Source: Calditrichia bacterium (GTDB taxonomy: Bacteria > Calditrichota > Calditrichia > RBG-13-44-9 > J075). From it: a DNA stretch of 31,576 nucleotides. Below the pieces are notes generated by a model. That model saw only the letters and a list, made by a program, of their open reading frames with translations. It did no database searches and was not told the origin of the DNA. The stretch is from NCBI GenBank assembly GCA_050633245.1, contig JBOEGD010000019.1:24480-56055 (forward strand), in the 5' to 3' direction. This document shows positions 7,447 to 16,033 of the stretch, one piece after another. Both the position numbers and the translations under genes were made by a program. The first letter of the stretch is position 1. Each line of letters opens with the position of its first letter.

Positions 7447-10400
7447 TTAAACAGATTCTCGTTCTAGAATGATTATAGCGCCATTGTCCGAAGCGATTGT
7501 AAGGTCCGCATCAATTGCCTTTGCACGCATGTGCATATTGCGTAAACCGTGCCCACTACGTTTCTGACTATCCTCCAAGCCCTTGCCGTCGTCGTGAATG
7601 GTCATGCGAAACCTCCCGCCTGAATTAACGAAGCGTATGGTTGCCGCATTGGCGTCCGAGTATTTTGCAATGTTATTAATTGCTTCTTTGTAGATGAGGT
7701 AGATATTTTGTCGAATATCAACGGGAATTCTTTTGTCCAGCTGTAAACCTTCCTGGCTAAAGTGGACGTGAATATCATTATTCGTCAATAGTGTGTCCGC
7801 GGCATCCTGCATACGTTCCAGCATATTCTGAATGCGGTCGTTTCTGGCGTCTATCGACCAGACAACGTCGCTCATGCGACTAATCATTTCCTGGCACATA
7901 ATTGCAATGCTGGACAAATTCTTTGGATTCTCTTCCGGTGCAACGCCCTCCTTCATCAGTTCAGCTTTCATAGAAATGCTGTTTAGTGTGCTCCCGATAT
8001 CGTCATGCAGATCGCTGGCAATACGAACGCGTAACTTTTCGAGCTCGAGCAGACGTTGAATCCGCGAGCGATATAAGAATAGGGGAATGGCAATGGTCAG
8101 AATCAGAAGAATCCCGCGAAACCACCATGTTAACCAAAATGGCGGCGGTATGATTAGACGAATAGAAGTTCCGACTTTATTCCAGATACCGTCATTGTTC
8201 GATCCGATGACTTTGAATGTATAAGCGCCGGGGTCGAGATTGGTATAGATAGCCTGGTGTTCAGTCGAACTGTAGTTCAGACTGTCCTCAAACCCTTCGA
8301 GAAAATAAGCATACTGGTTCTGAGCTGGTCGTGAAAAATCCAGCGCGCTAAAGTTAAAGCGGATAATCTTTTCACTGTATGGCATAATCAGTGGCTTTTC
8401 GATGCTATAGCCAAGCGTTCCCGTAAGCAAATTGTCGCCTATTTGAATACCGGTAACCGAAATATTCGGAACGACTGTGTTCTGGCGAATATTGCCAGGG
8501 CGAAAATAATTGATGCCGTTTTCTCCACCAAAGAAAAAACGTCCATCGTTACTGAGCAGGGCGCTATTACCATTGAAATTGTAACCCTGCAGACCCTCGT
8601 CCGGTGTAAAGTTGCGACAGGTCTCCGCAAATGGCCTGTCTGAATACGGTGCAATATGACTGATCCCGCGTTTACTGCTTATCCAGAACGTGCCGTCGTC
8701 ATCTTCCAGAATTGCCGTAATGTTACGATGTGCAAGACCGTCCTTTTCTGTGTATATCCGCTGGGTTTTCTTTATTGGGTCGTAGTGAAGAAGGCCGTTT
8801 TCGGAGCACACCCAAATCGTGCTTTTGCGATCGAATAAAAGTGTATTCACTTCAATCCCATAAATTCCCAATTGATTTGCATAAGCTGGAATAACTACAT
8901 CCATTTCGTCTGGGACGCGAAAGTTGTCAAGCGTGTCTTTTAAGGTAAGCTTTACAAGCGGATTCTGTTCAGTAGAAATCCAAAGCGAACTATCGGCGTC
9001 GAACGTCATTTCGTGCACTCTGGAGCCAAACCCCAAACGAGCATGATTGGGCGTATTCGCGTAGAAGAGCATCGATTCAGTTTCTGTATCGTAGCAAATG
9101 AACCCTTTCCAGGTGCCCAGCCACAGGACGCCCCGCTTATCTATAATTCCGTATTCAAGCAGATCTTTAATTTGCCCTACATTGGGTGTGGCTATCGGGG
9201 CTTCCATAAAGTGGTGGAAAAGTAGTTTGGTAGAAAACCTGTCTTCTTTGGCTGGCTTTTTGAGGAGTACCGACATGCCACCCGCCCAAAGATTGCCCTG
9301 CTTATCTGTCGTTAACAGACGCGTATCGCCAAAGTTGAAGTCGTTTGAGCCTTTTGTAAAATTATAGCGCTCTTGCAGGTTTGTCTTTTGTCCAAGCTTA
9401 TAAATTGCGTTGGATTTTGTTCCAACCCAAACGGTACTGTTCGCATCCTCATGTAGTTCTGTGATACTGTCAGAGGCATCATCTTTATTACCGGAAAGTT
9501 CGAGCTTTGCGAACTTTCTACCGGTCGGCAGCCATTTTAGAAGTCCTTTTCCGCTGGTTCCCAGCCAAAATGTGCCACTTCTGTCTAAAAATATATTTGA
9601 GGACCACACGTCTCGCAGAAGGTATTCCATCGCTGGATCCATTGAAATCTGTTCAGGTTGTGTGGGTGCATCCAAATCCAGAATAGACATAAATTTTTGA
9701 CTGTTTGTCAGAAGCAGCTGCCTGTCATTTAGCGGGAAAATATTTCTATAGGAATAGTCTACGCCTTCTTTTTGCTTAATTTTATTGGGGTAGAGATGGT
9801 AAAAACGATCATCGGCAAAATTATATCTACAAAGTCCGCTTCGAACGCCAATGTACAGGTTTCCATTTGCCTCATAAAGCGGGCCAGGATAATCATCGCT
9901 CAGACTGAATGGATCATTTGGGTCGTTCTGATAGGTCTGAAACCTTCCTTTTTCTCTATCCTCTAAATCGAGACGTGAAAGCCCATGCAGGCTGCTTATC
10001 CATAAAGAGCCGTTCGAATCTTCAAGAAGCCGATGTAGACGCAGGCTGCCGATAGAGTTATTGTCTGCACTATTCGGTTGATAGCGAATAAAGCTTTTTG
10101 AATCGGGATTATAGCGATTTAAACCCTGCCGTGTGGCAATCCATAGAATTCCCTTTGAGTCGATCAAAAGGTCTCTCACATAGTTTGATGATATGCTCTC
10201 GGAGTTATTGGGGGAGTGTTTGAACGTTTCGAAATGAAGAGTATGAAGGTTGAGGCGGTTTAAACCATTTGCAGTTCCGATCCACATATACTTGCCATCT
10301 GGCCATAGAGAGGTAACATAATGAGAGGAAATCGAATGTGGTACGTCGGGTTGATGATGGAATGTTTTGATGCTGTAGCCATCGTAACGGTTTAATCCAT

Positions 10401-10557
10401 TAGAAGTACCGACCCAGAGATATCCTGCTGAATCCTGATTTACGACCATCACATAATCTGCCGACAGGCCGTCACCGACTGAAATACGTTCCAGCCGAAT
10501 TTCACGAGCGGTGTTGCCAACCGTTAGAAATAACAGAATGACGAACCAATAAAGCAT
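7447..10557 (-). CDS. Sensor histidine kinase with periplasmic beta-propeller (Reg_prop) and Y_Y_Y domains, HisKA_3 type
   Basis: Repeated D..G.LW.GT..GLNR propeller blades, Y_Y_Y (YAYFLEGF...YTNLDPGAYTFKV), TM after PPFWLTWWF, H-box RIASDLHDDIG, and HATPase EAINNIAKY...DDGKG...GHGLRNM. Confidence 0.95.
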   Translation of the reverse strand: MLYWFVILLFLTVGNTAREIRLERISVGDGLSADYVMVVNQDSAGYLWVGTSNGLNRYDGYSIKTFHHQPDVPHSISSHYVTSLWPDGKYMWIGTANGLNRLNLHTLHFETFKHSPNNSESISSNYVRDLLIDSKGILWIATRQGLNRYNPDSKSFIRYQPNSADNNSIGSLRLHRLLEDSNGSLWISSLHGLSRLDLEDREKGRFQTYQNDPNDPFSLSDDYPGPLYEANGNLYIGVRSGLCRYNFADDRFYHLYPNKIKQKEGVDYSYRNIFPLNDRQLLLTNSQKFMSILDLDAPTQPEQISMDPAMEYLLRDVWSSNIFLDRSGTFWLGTSGKGLLKWLPTGRKFAKLELSGNKDDASDSITELHEDANSTVWVGTKSNAIYKLGQKTNLQERYNFTKGSNDFNFGDTRLLTTDKQGNLWAGGMSVLLKKPAKEDRFSTKLLFHHFMEAPIATPNVGQIKDLLEYGIIDKRGVLWLGTWKGFICYDTETESMLFYANTPNHARLGFGSRVHEMTFDADSSLWISTEQNPLVKLTLKDTLDNFRVPDEMDVVIPAYANQLGIYGIEVNTLLFDRKSTIWVCSENGLLHYDPIKKTQRIYTEKDGLAHRNITAILEDDDGTFWISSKRGISHIAPYSDRPFAETCRNFTPDEGLQGYNFNGNSALLSNDGRFFFGGENGINYFRPGNIRQNTVVPNISVTGIQIGDNLLTGTLGYSIEKPLIMPYSEKIIRFNFSALDFSRPAQNQYAYFLEGFEDSLNYSSTEHQAIYTNLDPGAYTFKVIGSNNDGIWNKVGTSIRLIIPPPFWLTWWFRGILLILTIAIPLFLYRSRIQRLLELEKLRVRIASDLHDDIGSTLNSISMKAELMKEGVAPEENPKNLSSIAIMCQEMISRMSDVVWSIDARNDRIQNMLERMQDAADTLLTNNDIHVHFSQEGLQLDKRIPVDIRQNIYLIYKEAINNIAKYSDANAATIRFVNSGGRFRMTIHDDGKGLEDSQKRSGHGLRNMHMRAKAIDADLTIASDNGAIIILERESV

Positions 10558-10682
10558 ATGCGCGGACTATGTGTTAATTGCTGAATGATTGGATTATTTT
10601 AACCTACTATCAAGGCTATGGTATTGGCAAGAGAAAAATCTCCGCAACATCATCTACTATTAGTGAATCGACCTTCAACTTT

Positions 10683-10717
10683 CGCTGAAATAGCAGCAAC
10701 CTGCTGAAATATCAGCA
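10683..10717. promoter_or_regulatory. Tandem palindromic upstream activator sites (TGCTGA-N4-TCAGCA type)
   Basis: CGCTGAAATAGCAGCA (10683-10698) and TGCTGAAATATCAGCA (10702-10717), starts 19 bp apart, 105 bp upstream of the -24 GG. Confidence 0.75.
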
Positions 10718-10819
10718 TTGCATTTATAGATGCAGCGAAAAAAAATACCTGTGATTTGCTTCCCCTAAATACATAACAGGCTTTGTTTTAACCTTCTTGT
10801 CGCTCAGCGTTTTGGCGTT

Positions 10820-10836
10820 CTGGCACGGCTGTTGGA
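10820..10836 (+). promoter_or_regulatory. Putative sigma54 promoter of the lipoprotein/cytochrome/YceI/DUF5777 operon
   Basis: CTGGCACGGCTGTTGGA versus consensus YTGGCACG-N4-TTGCW: perfect -24, one mismatch at -12. Confidence 0.7.
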
Positions 10837-10956
10837 TAAGAGACAGACAGGTGAATGCGAGACGGTGATAAAATGATGACCGGCTAACCTACATAGAATT
10901 TGATGATCATATAACAACATATGACAACTTAAAACACATAATGAAGGAGAAGTAAG

Positions 10957-12021
10957 ATGAAGAGGTTGATTTTTATTCTATTTACAATATTAGCGGTGAT
11001 AATCAGCGGATGTAGCGACGATTCGAATGGTTATGGCAATGGCGGAAGCATTATCGATCCGATTGTGGATGTTGATGTTCACATTAATGAAATTTCTTAT
11101 ACCGGCGCAGAGGATATTATTGAGCTGAAAAACTACGGCAGCGAAGCGGTGGATGTGAGCAACTTCTTTATGTGCTCTTTATTTTCATACACTCGAGTCG
11201 GAGAGTTGCAGATCATGTCAGGATCATTCACGATACCGGCAGGTGGAATTCTATTGGTATGTGGTTTTGAATTAAATGATTTTGTTGCGGATTTGGCGCT
11301 CTACAGTTCAAACGCCTTTGAGGATCCCGATGCAATGCTCGACTTCCTTCAATACGGCACTTTTGGAAACGGTAGAGAGAGCGTTGCTATCGCGAAAGGC
11401 ATCTGGCCTGCCAATGATTTTATTCTCACCGTTAGAAATGGACACTCCCTTGAATATGATGGCAGCGGCAACGCGAGTAGCGACTGGGTCGAACAGGCTG
11501 TTCCGACTTTCGGAGAGGAAAATGACCTTACCAGTGAGCCTCGGGACGGTATTCGAATTAACGAAGTATTCTACAGTCCGACTGATGATCAAGTTGAGTT
11601 GAAAAACTTTGGAGCAACGGCTGTCGACGTGAGCGAGTGGCAGTGGTGTGCACGCTTCATTTACGGCAAAATATCTGAGGCAAACATTCTTAGTGGAACG
11701 CTCATTATCCCTCCCGGCGGCATCCTTGCCTTAGGTGGACTCAGCCTGAACGAAACCGCTTCGGATATCGCTATCTATCGAAATAATGAATTTGCCAATC
11801 CGGATGCAATGGTAGACTTCATGCAGTATGGAAGTTCTGGAAATGGTCGTGAGAGCATTGCGGTTGCCAAAGGCATCTGGAATGCCGGAGAGTTTGTTCC
11901 TGCTGTGGCAATCGGTCATTCGCATGAGTTTGATGGTGTGGGTCGCTCGATAACAGACTGGGCTGACCAGTCTGTCCCAAGTATCGGAAACGAAAATGCT
12001 AATATTGGTCCCGGCAATTAA
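10957..12021 (+). CDS. Lipoprotein with two tandem lamin-tail-domain-like (INE...ELKN) repeats
   Basis: AAGGAG SD, lipobox IISG-C, and an internal duplication of about 155 aa (INEISY...ELKNYGSEAVDVS...DFLQYG...GRESVAIAKGIW / INEVFY...ELKNFGATAVDVS...DFMQYG...GRESIAVAKGIW). Confidence 0.8.
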   Translation: MKRLIFILFTILAVIISGCSDDSNGYGNGGSIIDPIVDVDVHINEISYTGAEDIIELKNYGSEAVDVSNFFMCSLFSYTRVGELQIMSGSFTIPAGGILLVCGFELNDFVADLALYSSNAFEDPDAMLDFLQYGTFGNGRESVAIAKGIWPANDFILTVRNGHSLEYDGSGNASSDWVEQAVPTFGEENDLTSEPRDGIRINEVFYSPTDDQVELKNFGATAVDVSEWQWCARFIYGKISEANILSGTLIIPPGGILALGGLSLNETASDIAIYRNNEFANPDAMVDFMQYGSSGNGRESIAVAKGIWNAGEFVPAVAIGHSHEFDGVGRSITDWADQSVPSIGNENANIGPGN

Positions 12022-12033
12022 ATGTAATCTATT

Positions 12034-12066
12034 CTTCCGCAGGCCTTAACGCCTACGGAAGTTTTT
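12034..12066 (+). terminator. Intrinsic terminator or attenuator after the first gene of the operon
   Basis: CTTCCGCAGGC-cttaac-GCCTACGGAAG (11-bp stem, one mismatch) followed by TTTTT. Confidence 0.65.
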
Positions 12067-12090
12067 CTAAATCAAAGCGAAAGAACAAAA

Positions 12091-12279
12091 ATGAAGTGGT
12101 TTGAAGATATTGATATCTCGCTGACTGAAAAAGATCTCGAAGAACTTTTTCTGCCTTTCGATCCGGAGCGCAGCAAAAGTCTCACTTCGAAGTCACTGAA
12201 GTCACCGAAGTCATCTGCTAAAAACAACGAACGACTGCTATCGCGAATCTGTCTGCGACTAAATAAGAAGTCTAAATAA
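12091..12279 (+). CDS. Small hypothetical protein (62 aa)
   Basis: ATG-initiated ORF filling the gap between co-oriented genes. A-rich leader but no clear SD. Contains an in-frame 3 x 9-nt repeat. Confidence 0.45.
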   Translation: MKWFEDIDISLTEKDLEELFLPFDPERSKSLTSKSLKSPKSSAKNNERLLSRICLRLNKKSK

Positions 12280-12317
12280 GCGAGTTGATCCCATTCTAAG
12301 ACAAAGGAGATTAAAAC

Positions 12318-12740
12318 ATGAAAGGATTGTTCTTTATAAGCATTGCGGCGCTGAGTTTAATTTTTAGCGGATGTGCAGATCACATCGTTGAGTTTACGCC
12401 GTCTATTCTGGACGATCAGCCGCAGAATGTGGTAAATGCGCGTTATTCTAGTATACAGACCAATGTGTTTAGCAACTCATGTGCGTTAAGTGGTTGCCAC
12501 GCTGGTGCAGTGCCTCCGAACTTGTCCGCTGCTTCAGCCTATGCAGCAATTGTAAATCGTCCTTCTGCTCAGGGAGGAGAGTATATCGTACCCGGAGATC
12601 CGGTAAACAGCTATCTCTATCAAAAAGTCCTTGGCAGTAACATATCCGGCCAGCGGATGCCGAGGGGAGCAGTGCCCCTTTCAGCAGCGATCCTTGATTC
12701 GATTCGCATTTGGATCGGAAACGGCGCATTAAATAACTAA
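12318..12740 (+). CDS. Lipoprotein, mono-haem c-type cytochrome with CX4CH motif
   Basis: AAGGAG SD, lipobox IFSG-C, CALSGCH, IVPGDPVNSYL, GQRMP (candidate Met ligand) and IRIWI..GA, a planctomycete-cytochrome-c-like pattern. Confidence 0.8.
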   Translation: MKGLFFISIAALSLIFSGCADHIVEFTPSILDDQPQNVVNARYSSIQTNVFSNSCALSGCHAGAVPPNLSAASAYAAIVNRPSAQGGEYIVPGDPVNSYLYQKVLGSNISGQRMPRGAVPLSAAILDSIRIWIGNGALNN

Positions 12741-12796
12741 ACATCCTGCAGATAATTAGCAGGAGCTTAAATCTCTGAGTACAAAGGAATCAAATT

Positions 12797-13375
12797 ATGA
12801 ATAAAATAATAATTCTGTTAGTCGTAGTGTCCCTGAGTAGTCTTTTTGCCGCGGAAGAATGGCAGGTTATTGCCGAGAAACGCAATGACGTTACGTTTTT
12901 ATCAAAAACGCCACTGCTGAATTTTAAAGGCAAAACCAGCTCTATTGATGGCTATCTATATTGGTTAGGCGATGAACCGTTCTCCGGAGCAAACGAACTC
13001 TACTTTGAGGTTGATCTGAATTCTGTGACAACCGGAATCGGCAAACGCGATCGGGATATGCGCAACGATGTCCTCGAAACCAGTAAGTGGCCGACCACAT
13101 ACTTCAAGGGCAGTATCACTAACGTGAAGTCCGTGCATGTAGGGAATTCACGGTATCAGGTGACCTCAAAGGGAATTCTGTTTATTCACGGTGTGGAAAA
13201 AGAAATGACAATTCATGCTGAGATTTCTACGGATGGCTCATTCATGCAGGTTACGTCTACATTCTCAGTATTTTTGAAGGACTACAATATTGAAGCGCCT
13301 GGTCTGGTGGCTTTTATAAAGGTTGCCGAAGAAATAAAGCTGAGTCTGTCATTTTCCCTTGCAAAACAACAGTAG
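12797..13375 (+). CDS. YceI-family periplasmic lipid/polyisoprenoid-binding protein
   Basis: Signal peptide; VDLNSVTTGIGKRDRDM, KWPT.YF, GILFIHGVEKE and V.LKDYNI match YceI motifs. Confidence 0.9.
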   Translation: MNKIIILLVVVSLSSLFAAEEWQVIAEKRNDVTFLSKTPLLNFKGKTSSIDGYLYWLGDEPFSGANELYFEVDLNSVTTGIGKRDRDMRNDVLETSKWPTTYFKGSITNVKSVHVGNSRYQVTSKGILFIHGVEKEMTIHAEISTDGSFMQVTSTFSVFLKDYNIEAPGLVAFIKVAEEIKLSLSFSLAKQQ

Positions 13376-13381
13376 GAAATT

Positions 13382-13410
13382 GCCGCCCTTTTCTTGTTGA
13401 AGAGGGCGAC
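13382..13410 (+). other. Intergenic stem-loop within the operon
   Basis: GCCGCCCTTTT...AAGAGGGCGAC imperfect inverted repeat, no U tract. Confidence 0.4.
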
Positions 13411-13459
13411 TACTGACATAAGAGCTTTGCAGGTTAACTTGAAAAATCGGAGATAAATA

Positions 13460-14329
13460 ATGAATAAAAGTGTTTTGCTTACAGCGCTTATTATGTTAAC
13501 GGTTGTCGGGTATGCTCAACCCAAATGGAAGAAGAGTATGACAGTTACGCAACCACCTTTAGAACTTTTCCATTCGACAATGACGGCCAATTTCCCCACT
13601 ACTGAGACCTTGCACAAGGGGGATTTTATGTATGAGATATCACATCGTTTTATTCCATCAATCAAGGATGGTTACGATGCCTATTTTGGCCTGGACGGCC
13701 CAGCGCGAATTCGCACTGCAGTGTCTTATGGAATAACAGGGAAATTTATGGCGACGATTGGCCGAAGTAATGAGACGGATAATGTAGATTTACGCGTAAA
13801 AGGGAAATTGATGGAGCTGCGGAATAAAAGTTTGCCGACCGCAGTAGCTGTTCGACTGGGAATGGCATGGAATACCGAAGTACCGGTTGGCATAGATCGT
13901 TCAAAAAGCGACGCTGATAATTTTCAATATTATGTTCAGGTGGTTGTGAATACCATGCTCTTTAATCGTAAATTAGGAGTCGGTATCGTACCTTCCTGGT
14001 TGTACAATAGCTACATTTATGCTCGGGAGAAACAGTATTCATTTACCTTGGGAAATTACTATCAATTTTTTTTCAATAAAACCTGGAGCCTTTGGCTTGA
14101 AAATAATCCAACCCTTACCGGCTATCGTGGGGTTACTCGACTGGATGAAACAGGCCGTTCTCATAACAGCCTTTCTACCGGAATAGATATTAGCACCGGT
14201 GGTCATGTATTTCATCTATTTGTAACGAATAATGCCAGACTAAATCCATCACAGTTTCTTGTTGGGGCAGATCGCTCCGCAGGTGAGGATATGTGGCGGC
14301 TTGGCTTTGGGGTTACCCGACATCTTTAA
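13460..14329 (+). CDS. DUF5777-family outer-membrane beta-barrel protein
   Basis: Signal peptide; ISHRF, YFGLDG, GIDISTGGHVFHLFVTN and terminal WRLGFGVTRHL, which I recognise as DUF5777 motifs. Confidence 0.85.
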   Translation: MNKSVLLTALIMLTVVGYAQPKWKKSMTVTQPPLELFHSTMTANFPTTETLHKGDFMYEISHRFIPSIKDGYDAYFGLDGPARIRTAVSYGITGKFMATIGRSNETDNVDLRVKGKLMELRNKSLPTAVAVRLGMAWNTEVPVGIDRSKSDADNFQYYVQVVVNTMLFNRKLGVGIVPSWLYNSYIYAREKQYSFTLGNYYQFFFNKTWSLWLENNPTLTGYRGVTRLDETGRSHNSLSTGIDISTGGHVFHLFVTNNARLNPSQFLVGADRSAGEDMWRLGFGVTRHL

Positions 14330-14343
14330 ATATCCTCCGCAAG

Positions 14344-14387
14344 AAACGTGATAGTGTCTTTGTTGCTGTAGCTACTATCACGTTTTT
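14344..14387 (+). terminator. Probable terminator of the envelope operon
   Basis: Perfect 12-bp inverted repeat AAACGTGATAGT (14344-14355) / ACTATCACGTTT (14374-14385) running into a T tract. Confidence 0.6.
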
Positions 14388-14442
14388 GTCTGGTATCTTA
14401 TCCGACACGTCCATAAATTGGAACATATCAAAAAGGGTTCCA

Positions 14443-16029
14443 ATGACTGAAAAAAATCATCAAAAATCTTTGCTCACCAATAGCCTTTATAAGCAGCTTG
14501 TTGAGTCTGCACTTGAGGCGATTGTTGTTGTGAATCCTGTGGGTGAAATCGTTCTGACAAATGCCCGGCTATGCGAACTGTTTGGCTACAGTGAGTCCGA
14601 GCTTTTGGGTAAGAAGATAGAAATGTTGGTTCCCACAGACTTACGTGATAAGCATAAGCATCAACGTGATGCATATTTTAAACATTCGAAACCACGTTCG
14701 ATGGGAGAAGGTCTTGAGCTTTTTGGACAGCATAAAGACGGCACTCGATTTCCCATTGAAGTGAGTCTGAATCCTTTTGAGAATTCCGGTGAATCTCTGG
14801 TGGTCGGTTTGATTACCGATATCAGTAAACGCGTCCAGGCTCAGGAAGAACTGAGAACAAGTGAAGAACGTTATCGGGTTTTGCTTCATTCAGCGTCAGA
14901 AGGCATCGTGATTGTCAATGATCGAGGTGACATTGAGGTTCTAAATAAGCGCGTTGGCGATCTATTTCAATATTCAGAAGATGAACTGGTTGGTCAACCT
15001 ATTGAAATACTTGTTCCGCAAGCGAGCCGAAGCGCCCATAAAAAACTTCGTCAGAACTATATGTCTCAGCCTGCTCATCGCAGTATGGGACGAGATCTTA
15101 CACTTAACGGCGTTCGGAAAGATGGTTCAGTTTTTCCAATTGAAGTTAGCTTGAGCCCGGTGAAGATCCGTGAAACTACCCTGATTATGGCGTTTATTGT
15201 TGACGTTACTGAAAAACGCAGGGCAGAGCAAATGGCCGAACTTCATCGTCAGCAGCTTATTCAGGCAGATAAAATGGCAACTCTGGGAACATTAGTCTCC
15301 GGTGTTGCACATGAGATTAACAATCCCAATAACTATATTTTATTGAATGCCAATATTCTTCAGGAGGTCTGGAAGGGCTTACTGCCGATCCTTGAAAAAC
15401 ATGCGCAAAGTGATGCCGACTTTCGCCTGGCCGGCATGCCTTATTCCAGAGCCGAACAAAAGATTGGCCGTCTGATTGATGCGACTGCAGAAGGTTCCGT
15501 TCGTATTCAGCGAATTGTAGAGAGCTTAAAGAACTTTGCAAAGCAGGATCCCGGCCTGCTGGAAGAAGATGTGGATATGAATGACGTCGTCGAATCCGCT
15601 ATCACGATTACCCACAATTTAATAAAGCGTAGTAGCAATAAATTTACCGTATCTCTCTCAGAGTCTCTACCGACGATACGTGGTAATTTCCAAAGGCTGG
15701 AACAGGTTGTAATAAACCTCTTGGCAAATAGTTGTGATGCGCTGGATGATCGTTCGAAAGCGCTGACAGTTACAACTTCCGAAGAAGAAAATAGGGTTGT
15801 ATTACGAATTGCAGACGAAGGCAATGGCATTCCCGATGATGTAATTGAACAAGTATTCGATCCTTTCTTTACAACAAAGCGTACCTCTGGTGGAACAGGC
15901 TTGGGGCTGTCAATTTGCTACAATATTCTTGCAGCCCATTCCGGATTGCTGGAAATTGAGTCTACCTCACCAGCCGGGACAACCTTTAAAATATCCTTGC
16001 CAGTTGTAGCGGCACGTGTCATGGAGTAG
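14443..16029 (+). CDS. Cytoplasmic PAS-PAS histidine kinase (FixL-like PAS domains, NtrB-type kinase core)
   Basis: No TM segment. Two PAS domains (LVPTDLRDKH...PRSMG; LVPQASRSAH...HRSMG), H-box GVAHEINNP, EQVVINLLANS, DEGNGI, FDPFFTTK and GTGLGL. Start placed at ATG 14443 (MTEKN). Confidence 0.92.
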   Translation: MTEKNHQKSLLTNSLYKQLVESALEAIVVVNPVGEIVLTNARLCELFGYSESELLGKKIEMLVPTDLRDKHKHQRDAYFKHSKPRSMGEGLELFGQHKDGTRFPIEVSLNPFENSGESLVVGLITDISKRVQAQEELRTSEERYRVLLHSASEGIVIVNDRGDIEVLNKRVGDLFQYSEDELVGQPIEILVPQASRSAHKKLRQNYMSQPAHRSMGRDLTLNGVRKDGSVFPIEVSLSPVKIRETTLIMAFIVDVTEKRRAEQMAELHRQQLIQADKMATLGTLVSGVAHEINNPNNYILLNANILQEVWKGLLPILEKHAQSDADFRLAGMPYSRAEQKIGRLIDATAEGSVRIQRIVESLKNFAKQDPGLLEEDVDMNDVVESAITITHNLIKRSSNKFTVSLSESLPTIRGNFQRLEQVVINLLANSCDALDDRSKALTVTTSEEENRVVLRIADEGNGIPDDVIEQVFDPFFTTKRTSGGTGLGLSICYNILAAHSGLLEIESTSPAGTTFKISLPVVAARVME

Positions 16030-16033
16030 AAGA

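Noticed and set aside
6623-10718. 17-bp direct repeat as a target-site duplication of a mobile element
   Set aside because: No transposase or integrase is present, and the repeat is palindromic with degenerate copies elsewhere, which fits a protein-binding site better.
14293-14442. 50-aa N-terminal extension of the PAS kinase in the ORF track
   Set aside because: It overlaps the DUF5777 gene and spans a terminator-like inverted repeat. ATG 14443 is more plausible.
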